Positions 48,351-57,535 of a stretch of 64,000 bases of DNA are shown in pieces (within the stretch, counting starts at the first letter, position 1; each line of letters begins with the position of its first letter). The stretch comes from a bacterium (GTDB taxonomy: Bacteria > Electryoneota > Electryoneia > Electryoneales > Electryoneaceae). The notes under the pieces were generated by a model. That model made no database searches, had not been told where the DNA came from, and worked only from the letters and a program-made list of their open reading frames with translations. The translations under genes and the position numbers were made by a program. Where the stretch lies: the NCBI GenBank assembly GCA_963675295.2, contig CAXXKJ010000002.1, positions 2,176,001 to 2,240,000 on the forward strand. Reading direction: 5' to 3'.

Positions 48351-49232
48351 ATGGCCAGAGCTGCCGAAAACAGCGGTCAGCCGGGAGCGGTAAACACGGC
48401 GGAAGACGCGCAGAAGCGTCTCGAACGCATGCGCCGCTGGGTGCGTGGACCGTTTAACCAGTTTCTCTCGTTTATCATTCAGGGGCTGGTCGCGCTGCTG
48501 GGTGTCATCTACCTGAAAGTGTTGAATCGGACGAAGGTTTATGGTCGTAAGCTCCTGCGTGGGCAGGAACCACCGTACCTTTACGTCAGCAATCACCTCA
48601 CCATGATTGACGATTTCCTCATGGACCCGGTGCTGTTCGGGCCGATCGCGATGTCGAAATTCAAGTTGAAGTATTTCCCGTGGCATGTCCCCGAAGAGAA
48701 GAATTTTTTCCTCAATCCGATCCTGTCGTGGTTTCTGCAGAAGTGCCAGGCGATCCCGATCACCCGTGGCCGCGGTGTGTTCCAGCCCGGCATGATGCGG
48801 GTCAAGGAACTGTTGCAGGAAGGGAAGATCATCCACATTTATCCGGAAGGTACCCGTTCCCGCAGCGGTGACATCGGCCGCGGACAGGTCGGCGTCGGCA
48901 AGTTGGCGCGCGAGACGAAGATGAAGGTCGTGCCGGTGTACCACGAAGGCACGCAGAACATCCTCCCGGTCGGATCAAAGAAGCTGCGCATCAACCAGAA
49001 GGTCGCGATCATCGTCGGTGAACCGGTCGAGATGGACGACCTGTACGCTCTCCCGGAAAGCCGCGAGGTGTTCCTCAAGGTCGCGGAACGCATGGTCACC
49101 CACATCCGTGGCCTGCGCCTCAAGCTGCACCAGGACGGCCACAACGCCATCGACATCCCCGCCGACTGGCTGGACGAAGACCGCCACCAGGTCTCCGGCG
49201 TGCCCGAGGAACAGGGCTGGCAGGACGGTTGA
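48351..49232 (+). CDS. Lysophospholipid acyltransferase (PlsC/tafazzin-like)
   Basis: SNHLTMIDD (HxxxxD), YPEGTRS. Confidence 0.88.
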   Translation: MARAAENSGQPGAVNTAEDAQKRLERMRRWVRGPFNQFLSFIIQGLVALLGVIYLKVLNRTKVYGRKLLRGQEPPYLYVSNHLTMIDDFLMDPVLFGPIAMSKFKLKYFPWHVPEEKNFFLNPILSWFLQKCQAIPITRGRGVFQPGMMRVKELLQEGKIIHIYPEGTRSRSGDIGRGQVGVGKLARETKMKVVPVYHEGTQNILPVGSKKLRINQKVAIIVGEPVEMDDLYALPESREVFLKVAERMVTHIRGLRLKLHQDGHNAIDIPADWLDEDRHQVSGVPEEQGWQDG

Positions 49233-49272
49233 GCTTGATTACAGGTGAATTCGAATAGCTTGCCCATACGGT

Positions 49273-49555
49273 TAGAACCGACAAATAGAACCGACAAATA
49301 GAACCGCAAAACCGGGGACACTTACTCCGCTAAGTGTCCCCGGTTTTTCTCGTCAACGTTTCCTTGATATCGTAGCCCTCCCCTTGCTGCTCAGCTACGT
49401 AATCCGCGGGGACACTTTAGGGACAAAGTGTCCCCGGTTTTCTTCACCGCGTAGCGGTGACAGGTGGTTAGCGTGTGGCTTCAGCCACACGAAACGCGCC
49501 GCCCCTTACACCCACCGCCGCAAACAAAACGAGCGCCCTGTAGGGGCGCCGCATC
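49273..49555. repeat. Cluster: 13-mer TAGAACCGACAAA x~3, two family D palindromes (49308, 49407), family A element (49444-49555)
   Basis: 17-bp perfect stem AAAACCGGGGACACTTA/TAAGTGTCCCCGGTTTT; matches to other copies. Confidence 0.88.
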
Positions 49556-49603
49556 CTTCCAAGCAACTCTGCTTCCTGGTACCGTAATCCTCCGAATCCA
49601 CTC

Positions 49604-50455
49604 TCAATACGCCGCCGAGGTCAACGCTCCGATCACTTCGCCCACCTTGCGCACCGGATGCAGGCTGACACGCTTGTACAGCACCGCTTGCGGGTCTTTT
49701 TCGATCTTCAGCAGCAACGCGTAATACACCCGCCGCATCGCTTCGCTGGTCAACAGACGCGCGGTCGCGCTGGTGGGACGATGGCGTTCAGCCTCATCGT
49801 ACGCTGCTTTCGCGAGACGGATCATCGCGCGGATCAACTTGCGCACCTTCGGCGTGTTGGTTCCGTTCGCGAGATCCTCACGCGTAACCCCGTGTGCCTC
49901 CAGCATTTCACGCGGGACATACACCCGCCCGTTGCGCGCGTCTTCCCGCAGGTCGCGGATCACGTTCGTCAACTGCAACGCCTTGCCCAACGCCAGCCCG
50001 TATTGTTTTGCTTTCGCGCCGGCGACGCCAAAAACTTCGAGGCACAGCAAACCGACCGTGCCCGCCGCACGGTAACAGTATTCGTCAAGCTCGCTCATCT
50101 TGTCGAGCGCGACGTCATGAATGTCGCCTTCCATCCCGAGGATGAGGTCGTCAAAGTATTGCTTCGTCAATCGATACCTGCCGACCGTATCCGCCAACGC
50201 CACTTCCACTGGCGTTTCCGGCGAACCCTTGTACACACGTTCCAGCCCGAGCTTGACCACGTTCAACGCGGCCGCGCGCAGCGAAGGTTCCGGGAGTTCG
50301 TCAACCGCGTCATCGGCAGCACGGCAGAACGCGTAGACGGCGTAAATTGCGTATCGTTTCGTACGGGGGAGCAGTTGGAAGGCGAGAAAAAAGTTGCCCG
50401 CCGAGGTTTTCACCACGGTTTTGCAGGTTTCGTAGGCTTGAGCCAGGTGCTTCAA
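49604..50455 (-). CDS. hpnD: Presqualene diphosphate synthase HpnD (phytoene/squalene synthase family)
   Basis: VYAFCRAADDAVD, YCYRAAGTVG, LQLTNVIRDLRED, GRVY; coupled to hpnC. Confidence 0.8.
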   Translation of the reverse strand: MKHLAQAYETCKTVVKTSAGNFFLAFQLLPRTKRYAIYAVYAFCRAADDAVDELPEPSLRAAALNVVKLGLERVYKGSPETPVEVALADTVGRYRLTKQYFDDLILGMEGDIHDVALDKMSELDEYCYRAAGTVGLLCLEVFGVAGAKAKQYGLALGKALQLTNVIRDLREDARNGRVYVPREMLEAHGVTREDLANGTNTPKVRKLIRAMIRLAKAAYDEAERHRPTSATARLLTSEAMRRVYYALLLKIEKDPQAVLYKRVSLHPVRKVGEVIGALTSAAY

Positions 50456-51354
50456 AGGGGTTTACCTCGTACGGCACGTACCAGCAGGGCGGCCCGACTC
50501 ATCCGGCTGGCGGTAATATGACGGCTGCACACATCATAATCAGCCTTGCGCAGAGCATGCAAGGCCAACCTCCCACCGCCGTGAAATAGAATCAGTTGCT
50601 TGCGCAGTTTCGGGTCCACATTGTCCAGCAGTGCACGTCCCGTGGCGAACAGGAATTCCGCGCGTTTCGCCTCATAACGGAGCAAGTCACGCACCGGTTC
50701 CACCGTCGGCGAGACGCTGAACATCGCCTCCTCGACGCCGAACCGCCGCATGTCCTTACGCGGCAAATACACCCTGTCTCGTTTTTCGTAGTCTTCCCGA
50801 ACATCCTGCAAAAAGTTGACCAGTTGCAGCCCGGTGCAGATCGCGTCCGACCAGCGGTCCATCGCCGGCGAACGGTAGCCATGCACCCGCAACACCCAGC
50901 GGCCAACAGGATCGGCTGAACCGGCAGTGTACTCACGCAGATCAGACCACGTCTCATACCGCTTGATAAACTGGTCCTGCCGGAATGCGTCGATCATCCG
51001 CTGAAACAGCTCGCGCTCGATGTGGTACCGTTCGACCACATCCTGCAACGCGACAAACGCCGGGTGGGAAGGGGTGGACTCATCGTCGCAGACTGCGTCC
51101 AGCTCACGCTGCCACTCGTCCAACGCCCGGTTCGCGGCGGAGGCTGTGTTCCCGGATTCGCCCTGCTCATCCGCACGATCGTCCGCACCTCGCGCGAACG
51201 CGTACAGCGCGAAGTACGCATTGCGCAACTCGTCACCGAGCAGCAGCTTCGACGCGACATCGAAGTTCTCCCGATGCTTCGTCGCAAACTCCGCGCACCA
51301 CTGCTGAGCGTCGGCTAGTGTGTACGTACTGCGATGTGGTTCCGCTTCGCTCAA
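50452..51354 (-). CDS. hpnC: Squalene synthase HpnC
   Basis: HRENFDVAS, YAFARGADDRAD, AFRQDQ, SADPVGR, LQLVNFLQD. Confidence 0.85.
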   Translation of the reverse strand: MSEAEPHRSTYTLADAQQWCAEFATKHRENFDVASKLLLGDELRNAYFALYAFARGADDRADEQGESGNTASAANRALDEWQRELDAVCDDESTPSHPAFVALQDVVERYHIERELFQRMIDAFRQDQFIKRYETWSDLREYTAGSADPVGRWVLRVHGYRSPAMDRWSDAICTGLQLVNFLQDVREDYEKRDRVYLPRKDMRRFGVEEAMFSVSPTVEPVRDLLRYEAKRAEFLFATGRALLDNVDPKLRKQLILFHGGGRLALHALRKADYDVCSRHITASRMSRAALLVRAVRGKPL

Positions 51355-51434
51355 CTCAGGTGTGTACCTTCATGCAAGTGCCCGTGCTTGCTTGCAAGCG
51401 CGGATCATCCGTCAGCCAAAGATTCAAACACGAT

Positions 51435-51578
51435 GCCCTCGGACTTTAGTCCGGGATCATCAACTGCCCAAGCATCCACCGCAATCACGCCGTGTGCCCC
51501 GACCAGCTTGCTGGTCGGGATGATCAACAGATGCCCGCGGAAGCTCCGCTACCGCGGTTCATCCGAGCCCCGAGCCCG
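51435..51578. repeat. REP-like cluster: family B variant, further palindrome, family C
   Basis: GCCCTCGGACTTTAGTCCGGGA; CCCGACCAGCTTGCTGGTCGGG; GATGCCCGCGGAAGC..CTACCGCGG. Confidence 0.8.
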
Positions 51579-51581
51579 TTA

Positions 51582-52946
51582 CTACCCTTCCAACCCCTTC
51601 CGAGCCTCGGCGACAGCGTTCTCAACATCCTTCCGATACTCGGCGACACGTTCTTCCGTATCCGCTTCAAAGCGCATCACCAAGACCGGCTGCGTGTTGC
51701 TGGCACGCACGAGGCCCCATCCGTGCGGGTAGTTGACCCGGACACCGTCAATGTCGACCACGTCGTACTTACCCTTGTACGATTCGGCGACCTTCTCGAC
51801 CACCTTGAACTTGATCGCGTCCGGGCAATCGACACGAATTTCCGGTGTGGACGGATATTCCGGCAGATCGGCGAGGATCTCCGACAACGGTTTGTCCGAA
51901 TTCGCCACGATCTCAGTCAGACGCAGCGCCGCGTAGGTCGCGTCATCATAGCCGAAATAGCGGTCGTTAAAGAACATGTGGCCGCTCATCTCGCCGGCGA
52001 GCTTCGCGTTTTCCTCGCGCAGCTTGCCTTTGAGGAACGAGTGCCCGGTACGCCACATGATCGGCTTGCCACCGTGCTTCGCGATGTCGTCGTACAATGC
52101 CTTGCTGCACTTGACTTCACCGATGACCGTCGCGCCGGGGAAATTCTTCAGCACGTCGCGTGCGAACAACGCCAGCAGACGGTCACCCCAAAGGATATTG
52201 CCCTTGTCGTCGATGACGCCGATGCGGTCGCCGTCACCATCAAACCCGACGCCGAACTCCAGCCCCTGCTCGAGCACGGTCTTCTTCAGATCCTGAATAT
52301 TCTCAACGACCGTCGGGTCCGGGTGATGGTTCGGGAAGTTGCCGTCCACCTCGCTGAACAGTTCCACCGGATCCTGGCCCAGTTTGCGGAAGACATCCGG
52401 CGAGGTTGCGCCGGCGATACCGTTCCCGCTATCGAGCGCGAGTTTTACCGGACGGCTGATGCTGATGTTTTCCGCGAGATAGTCCATGTACGCCGGGACA
52501 ACATCCTGTTCCGAATACGTACCCTCGCCGGTTTGGAAGTTCTCGTTGTCGATCCGTTCACGCAGATCCTGGATCATGTCGCCGAAGACCGTCTGCTTGC
52601 CGATCATCATCTTGAACCCGTTGAACTCCGGCGGGTTGTGGCTGCCGGTAATCTGCACCGAGGCGTCCGGGTTCAGGTGGTACGTCGCGAAGTAGGTGAT
52701 CGGGGTGGCGACGGCGCCGATGTCGATCACATCGCAGCCGGAGGCCAGCGCGCCCTTGACAAACGAGTCACGCAGGGCGGGGCCGGTGAGACGGCCGTCG
52801 CGTCCGAGCACGATCGTCTTGCCGCCCTCGTCACGCACCCAAGAACCGACACCACGTCCCAGCGCTTCGACCACATCCGGCGTCAGGTCGTCCGCGACCA
52901 CGCCACGAATATCGTATTGACGGAAAATTTCCGGGTTCATCTTCAT
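51582..52946 (-). CDS. Phosphomannomutase/phosphoglucomutase (AlgC-like)
   Basis: FRQYDIRG, TGSHNP, FDGDGDR, GEMSGH, RASNTQP. Confidence 0.93.
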   Translation of the reverse strand: MKMNPEIFRQYDIRGVVADDLTPDVVEALGRGVGSWVRDEGGKTIVLGRDGRLTGPALRDSFVKGALASGCDVIDIGAVATPITYFATYHLNPDASVQITGSHNPPEFNGFKMMIGKQTVFGDMIQDLRERIDNENFQTGEGTYSEQDVVPAYMDYLAENISISRPVKLALDSGNGIAGATSPDVFRKLGQDPVELFSEVDGNFPNHHPDPTVVENIQDLKKTVLEQGLEFGVGFDGDGDRIGVIDDKGNILWGDRLLALFARDVLKNFPGATVIGEVKCSKALYDDIAKHGGKPIMWRTGHSFLKGKLREENAKLAGEMSGHMFFNDRYFGYDDATYAALRLTEIVANSDKPLSEILADLPEYPSTPEIRVDCPDAIKFKVVEKVAESYKGKYDVVDIDGVRVNYPHGWGLVRASNTQPVLVMRFEADTEERVAEYRKDVENAVAEARKGLEG

Positions 52947-53096
52947 GATGAGTTAACCCCCTGGTGTATGTTTGGTTTTGGAATCACAGTTGTTGGTACC
53001 TGAGTGGTCCGAAACCACTCTTCCTCGCGAAAATACGTGGACGCGTACAGGTAGAGAATGAGCGAAGGAGGTGAAACGGTCTCTCCGGGCCAGGTG

Positions 53097-54266
53097 TTAC
53101 ACTGCCCCGCTTAGAGACTCTAGTTTCACCATCGCCTGCCAGTACAATTCTTCGTACCGGTCAACCGCCGGTTTGAGCAGGAATGTCGTTGACGCCCGTT
53201 TCCGCGAGGCTTGCGACATCGACCGTTGCAGTTCCGGCGACCGGAACAGCCGTTCGCACGCATCGATCATCGACTCCACCGACCCGACCTCACACAGGAA
53301 TCCGGTTTTCTCGTGCTCGATCACTTCCGGCAGCCCGCCGGCGGTATAGCCGATCACCGGCACGCCGCATGCCTGCGCCTCGAGCGCGGCGAGGCCAAAA
53401 CTCTCGGCGTTGGAGGGGAAGAGGAACGCGTCCGCGAAGGGCAGCAGCTTCTCGGCATTTTGTTGCGGGCCGAGGAAATGGACATCGTTCGCGTACGGCG
53501 AGGCGTCCAGCTGATTTTTTGCTGCGGCAGCGTCCGGACCATCACCGATCATCACCAGTTGCGCACGCATCCGTTCACGCAACCCGAGGAACGTGTCGAC
53601 CACATCCTGCACCCGTTTCACCGGCCGGAAGTTGGACATGTGCATCAGCACCGGTACGTCCGGATCGGTGGGGAAGGGACGCGGTTCGCCGTTCTTGCGG
53701 GGCTTGAACCGGTCCGGATCGACGAAGTTGTACACGACCTCGTATGGACACGAACACTTGACCACTTCTTTCACCTTCTCACCGAGCCACGAGCTGACCA
53801 CGGTGACCAGGTCGGATTCTTCGAGCGAAAACCGGGTGATCGGCAGGTAGGACGTATCCTTGCCGATGATGGTAATGTCAGTGCCGTGCAGTGTGGTGAT
53901 CAGCGGCATGGACGACCGTCCGCAGATACGCCGCGCGAGCCAGCCGGAGATCGCATGCGGGATTGCGTAATGGACGTGCATCACGTCCAGGTCGTACTTG
54001 CACGAGACTTCAGCAATCTGTGCGGCCAGCGCGAGGCTGTACGGCGGGTATTCAAACAGCGGGTAATCGGGCACATTGACCATGTGAAAGCGCAGGTTTG
54101 GTCGCAACGTATCCAGCCGCACCGGAACCGCATAGCTGATGACGTGTACCTCATGACCGCGATCCGCAAGCGCGTGCGCCAGTTCCACCGCGACAATCCC
54201 GCTGCCGCCGGTGGTTGGATAGCACACGATTCCGATTTTTAACCGCCGCTTCTCAGCTGGGTTCAT
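53097..54266 (-). CDS. bshA: N-acetyl-alpha-D-glucosaminyl L-malate synthase
   Basis: CYPTTGGSGIVA, YPLFEYPPY, HVHYAIPHA, TTLHGTDIT, SNFRPVKR, ESFGL. Confidence 0.95.
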   Translation of the reverse strand: MNPAEKRRLKIGIVCYPTTGGSGIVAVELAHALADRGHEVHVISYAVPVRLDTLRPNLRFHMVNVPDYPLFEYPPYSLALAAQIAEVSCKYDLDVMHVHYAIPHAISGWLARRICGRSSMPLITTLHGTDITIIGKDTSYLPITRFSLEESDLVTVVSSWLGEKVKEVVKCSCPYEVVYNFVDPDRFKPRKNGEPRPFPTDPDVPVLMHMSNFRPVKRVQDVVDTFLGLRERMRAQLVMIGDGPDAAAAKNQLDASPYANDVHFLGPQQNAEKLLPFADAFLFPSNAESFGLAALEAQACGVPVIGYTAGGLPEVIEHEKTGFLCEVGSVESMIDACERLFRSPELQRSMSQASRKRASTTFLLKPAVDRYEELYWQAMVKLESLSGAV

Positions 54267-54994
54267 GGATTCGCCTCACCGGCGCCATTGACCAGCAGCT
54301 CGAACGGATCATTTACCGGAACAGGGTTACGCAGCAGGTACGGTTCGCCTTTCGGTACGCTGATCGCCGCGCCGTACTGTGATCCACGGCCCTCGATCCA
54401 CTGCAGGAACTGCTCACTGGCGAGGAACGTTTTCGGCCCTTCGACACCGGGCGTATAAAACTGCGTCCGGTACGCCTTCACCGCCTCCATCCGCTGTTCC
54501 CACTCCTTGCTGACATCGACAATCAAGTCCGGTTCTGGCGCCCACCACATCGGGTAACGCAGCAACGCCCGCACCTTGTGCCGTTCGTGCTCGGTCTTGT
54601 ACCCGCCGACGTAGGAGAAGAACACTGCTTCCTCAATGAGCTGCATGCCCTGGGTGTGGTCCGGGTGACGGTCTTTCGCCGCCGGCCCGATCACCAGTTT
54701 CGGCTGATGCTTGCGGATCGCGTCGACAACGGCCCGTTGCTGCTCCTTGTCGCGTGCGTTGAGGCCGCCGTCCGGCAGGTTCAGGTTTTCCCGCACGGCA
54801 ATCCCCAGCGCCTTGGCGGCGTTGGCGGCTTCCTGGTCACGTTCTTCCATGCTGCCCCGCGTACCGAGTTCGCCTCGGGTCATGTCGAGCAGCCCGACGG
54901 CGTAGCCCTTGGTAACCAGCTTGACGATCGTGCCGCCGCAGAACAGTTCGACATCATCCGGGTGCGGTCCAATTGCGAGCACATCCAGCGCCAT
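54263..54994 (-). CDS. bshB1: Bacillithiol biosynthesis deacetylase
   Basis: HPDDVEL, TRGELGTRG, DRHPDH; between bshC and bshA. Confidence 0.92.
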   Translation of the reverse strand: MALDVLAIGPHPDDVELFCGGTIVKLVTKGYAVGLLDMTRGELGTRGSMEERDQEAANAAKALGIAVRENLNLPDGGLNARDKEQQRAVVDAIRKHQPKLVIGPAAKDRHPDHTQGMQLIEEAVFFSYVGGYKTEHERHKVRALLRYPMWWAPEPDLIVDVSKEWEQRMEAVKAYRTQFYTPGVEGPKTFLASEQFLQWIEGRGSQYGAAISVPKGEPYLLRNPVPVNDPFELLVNGAGEANP

Positions 54995-56622
54995 TACTGC
55001 CACTCCTTGAGGTTGATGAACACATGCCGTCCGACTGCCTGCAACGCCGTTTCGTTGAGGCCGTCTAGCATGCTGTTGCCGTAACGAATCAGGTAATACA
55101 CCGGGCCGATCACCCTCTCCTGCGGAATACCGCCGGGGAACAGGTGGGTGGACAACTGCCCGACGTGCTTCAACAGGGTTCCGTGTCGCCGCATCAGGCG
55201 TTCGGAGAATCCGTGCCGCAGCTTGTCCACATGATACCGCATCTTGCCGAACGAGGATTCGACCAGCGTCTCCAGCCCGCCGAAATCGCCGTCCCGGGTC
55301 ATGTCCGTAAGAATCCGTTCATGCGACTTGAGGTCAGCGTCAAGGTCGGCGAGGGCGTGATCGGTTTCATCGTCGCGACGGCTCGCCAGCAACCGATTGG
55401 ACAACTCCTTTTCGCCGACAAAGATGTCGCTCGGCTGCAATTCGTATTTGTTCAGCCAGCGTTCCACTTTCGGCTCAACCAGCGTCAGGCTCGCCCGTGG
55501 CACCACAGCCGGCTTGTGAATCCCCAGCGGTGCAAACGCGCCCGGAAGCTGGGCCCAGTAGGCCATCTCATGCGGCCCGGCGACATACGCCCCCGTCGGC
55601 AGCAGCCAACCCTGCAGCATCGGTCGCAAGGTCACCCCGGCAGACAGCCGTTCCGGCTCATCCTCGGCGAGTTTGATCAACTTGTCGCGTGAGATGATCA
55701 AGTCGCTCATCCCACGGATCGCCTTGCCTTCGAGCACAATCTTCCGCCGCTGCCCTTCTTCCAGCAGGAACAACGCCGGCCGTCCCGGTTCAATCGGTGC
55801 CTGCGACTTGTAGCCCGCGCGTTCGATCATTTGTGACCGTTCGACTAGAATCGCGAGACGGTCATCCACCTCTTCCGCCGCCTTCCGCATGAACGGCGAC
55901 GACAGCCGCTTGATCTCCGGATCTTCCGGATCGAAGAACACGAGGCCGTACGTGCCAAGGAAATCATTCCAGAACCGGCGGAAGGCATCCGCGAAGGTGT
56001 GTTCCGCTGAGTACGCTCTTCGCAGCGAGTTCAACACATCCGCGCTGAATTCGGTGGAGGGTAGTTGCGTGATCAGCTTCTGCAGTAAGTCTTCAGCGCG
56101 ATTACCGAGTTTCAGCGAGCCCACCGGGAAACGGTTGCCACTCTTGGTGTCCTTGTAACTGGAGAGCTGGTTGTCCAGATCAATCCAGTGCGATTGCGCG
56201 CATTCCGGCAGGTTGTGGTCGCTTGTCACCATCCAGAAAATCGGAACCGTGCGAACACCAGTCCCGCGCTCCAGCCGGTCAGCCAGCGCGACGGTCGTCA
56301 TCGCCTTGTACAGGGTGAGCAATGGACCACCGGCGATCCCGACCTGTTGGCCGGTGACCACCGCCATCGTACCAGGCTGCGCCAGTGCGTCCAGGTTTCG
56401 CCGCACCGCCTGCGTCAACGGCAAGTCGCCGTATTGTTTGCGGATCGCGTCCGCGATCGCGCCGATCGGACGTTCGTGTTTCGCTTCCGCCTTGCTTTGA
56501 TCCACCCACGCCACCGGGTCTGGATAGGTTCGGAACCCGTAGTCGATATGCGAGATTCCGGCGATGGTCTCATGTACCAGCGGAGGAATCCCGGGGAAAT
56601 CGTCATACGTCAGCATATCCAT
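54994..56622 (-). CDS. bshC: Bacillithiol cysteine-adding enzyme
   Basis: VVTGQQ..GGPL..LYK, PIFW...DH, LRP, YVAGPHEMAYWAQ, PQER. Confidence 0.92.
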   Translation of the reverse strand: MDMLTYDDFPGIPPLVHETIAGISHIDYGFRTYPDPVAWVDQSKAEAKHERPIGAIADAIRKQYGDLPLTQAVRRNLDALAQPGTMAVVTGQQVGIAGGPLLTLYKAMTTVALADRLERGTGVRTVPIFWMVTSDHNLPECAQSHWIDLDNQLSSYKDTKSGNRFPVGSLKLGNRAEDLLQKLITQLPSTEFSADVLNSLRRAYSAEHTFADAFRRFWNDFLGTYGLVFFDPEDPEIKRLSSPFMRKAAEEVDDRLAILVERSQMIERAGYKSQAPIEPGRPALFLLEEGQRRKIVLEGKAIRGMSDLIISRDKLIKLAEDEPERLSAGVTLRPMLQGWLLPTGAYVAGPHEMAYWAQLPGAFAPLGIHKPAVVPRASLTLVEPKVERWLNKYELQPSDIFVGEKELSNRLLASRRDDETDHALADLDADLKSHERILTDMTRDGDFGGLETLVESSFGKMRYHVDKLRHGFSERLMRRHGTLLKHVGQLSTHLFPGGIPQERVIGPVYYLIRYGNSMLDGLNETALQAVGRHVFINLKEWQ

Positions 56623-57413
56623 CAGGCACGCTCCGCAAACGTGATCAACCGTTTGCTCGTTTCTGGGTCAAAACTGCTGGCTTCATAGCCGCCCCAGCGG
56701 GCGACGGGGTTCAATCGGGTAGCCTTCAGCATCATGTCCAATTCGTCAGGTTCAAACAGCCGCACCGATTCCCGGACCTGCCGTGCCGATCCGTCCCGCG
56801 CGGTCAACTCTATTGACTTCTCAATCCTCTTGGTCGCTGCAACGTAGCGCCGCCGCTGACGCACATGCCAGCGTTCGGTCGTGGTTTCATCTTTCGGTAC
56901 GAGGGACGCGACCGCCACCGCCGGGTTCATCAAATCGAGCACCAGCGTCCCGCCCGGGCACAACACCCGGTACATTTCGTTCAGCGCCAACTGGTGTTCT
57001 CTATCATCCCCGAAGTACCCGAAACTGGTGAACACGTTCAGCTCCAGCGGGAACGTGCACTCGCCGAACGGCAACCGGCGCAGATCTCCACGAACGTACT
57101 GTGGTCTGGCAACGCGCTCATCCCGTTGATTATCGACGGCTCGCTGCAGCAGCGGCATCGAGAGGTCCAGCCCGGTCACACGCCAGCCGAACTCCCCGGC
57201 GAGGATCTCGGAATGCCGTCCCGCGCCGCAGGCGAGATCAACCGCGCCGCGCTCGTCCGGATCGCCGACCTGTGTACGCAGGTGTCGCAGGAAGGTTCGC
57301 GCCTCTTCAGAGTCACGATGCTGGTACAGTGCGAGGTAATCGTCGTCGAACCAGTCCTGGAACCACTCGGTGCCGGATTTCCCGGCGTTTTGTGCGGAGG
57401 TCTTCGGTTTCAC
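56622..57413 (-). CDS. Class I SAM methyltransferase, candidate bacillithiol N-methyltransferase (NmbA-like)
   Basis: WFQDWF..YLALYQHRD, DLACGAGRH, FTSFGYF; stop overlaps bshC start. Confidence 0.8.
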   Translation of the reverse strand: MKPKTSAQNAGKSGTEWFQDWFDDDYLALYQHRDSEEARTFLRHLRTQVGDPDERGAVDLACGAGRHSEILAGEFGWRVTGLDLSMPLLQRAVDNQRDERVARPQYVRGDLRRLPFGECTFPLELNVFTSFGYFGDDREHQLALNEMYRVLCPGGTLVLDLMNPAVAVASLVPKDETTTERWHVRQRRRYVAATKRIEKSIELTARDGSARQVRESVRLFEPDELDMMLKATRLNPVARWGGYEASSFDPETSKRLITFAERA

Positions 57414-57535
57414 TCCAGCGAATATAGCGGGCCCGGGTCAGGCGCTTCAAACGGGTTCGGACGGGCCCCGGGGACGGTGAGCCGCCCGTGTCCTGCTTTT
57501 GCCCCGGTTCACGGGACACGCTACCTTACCCGCCG

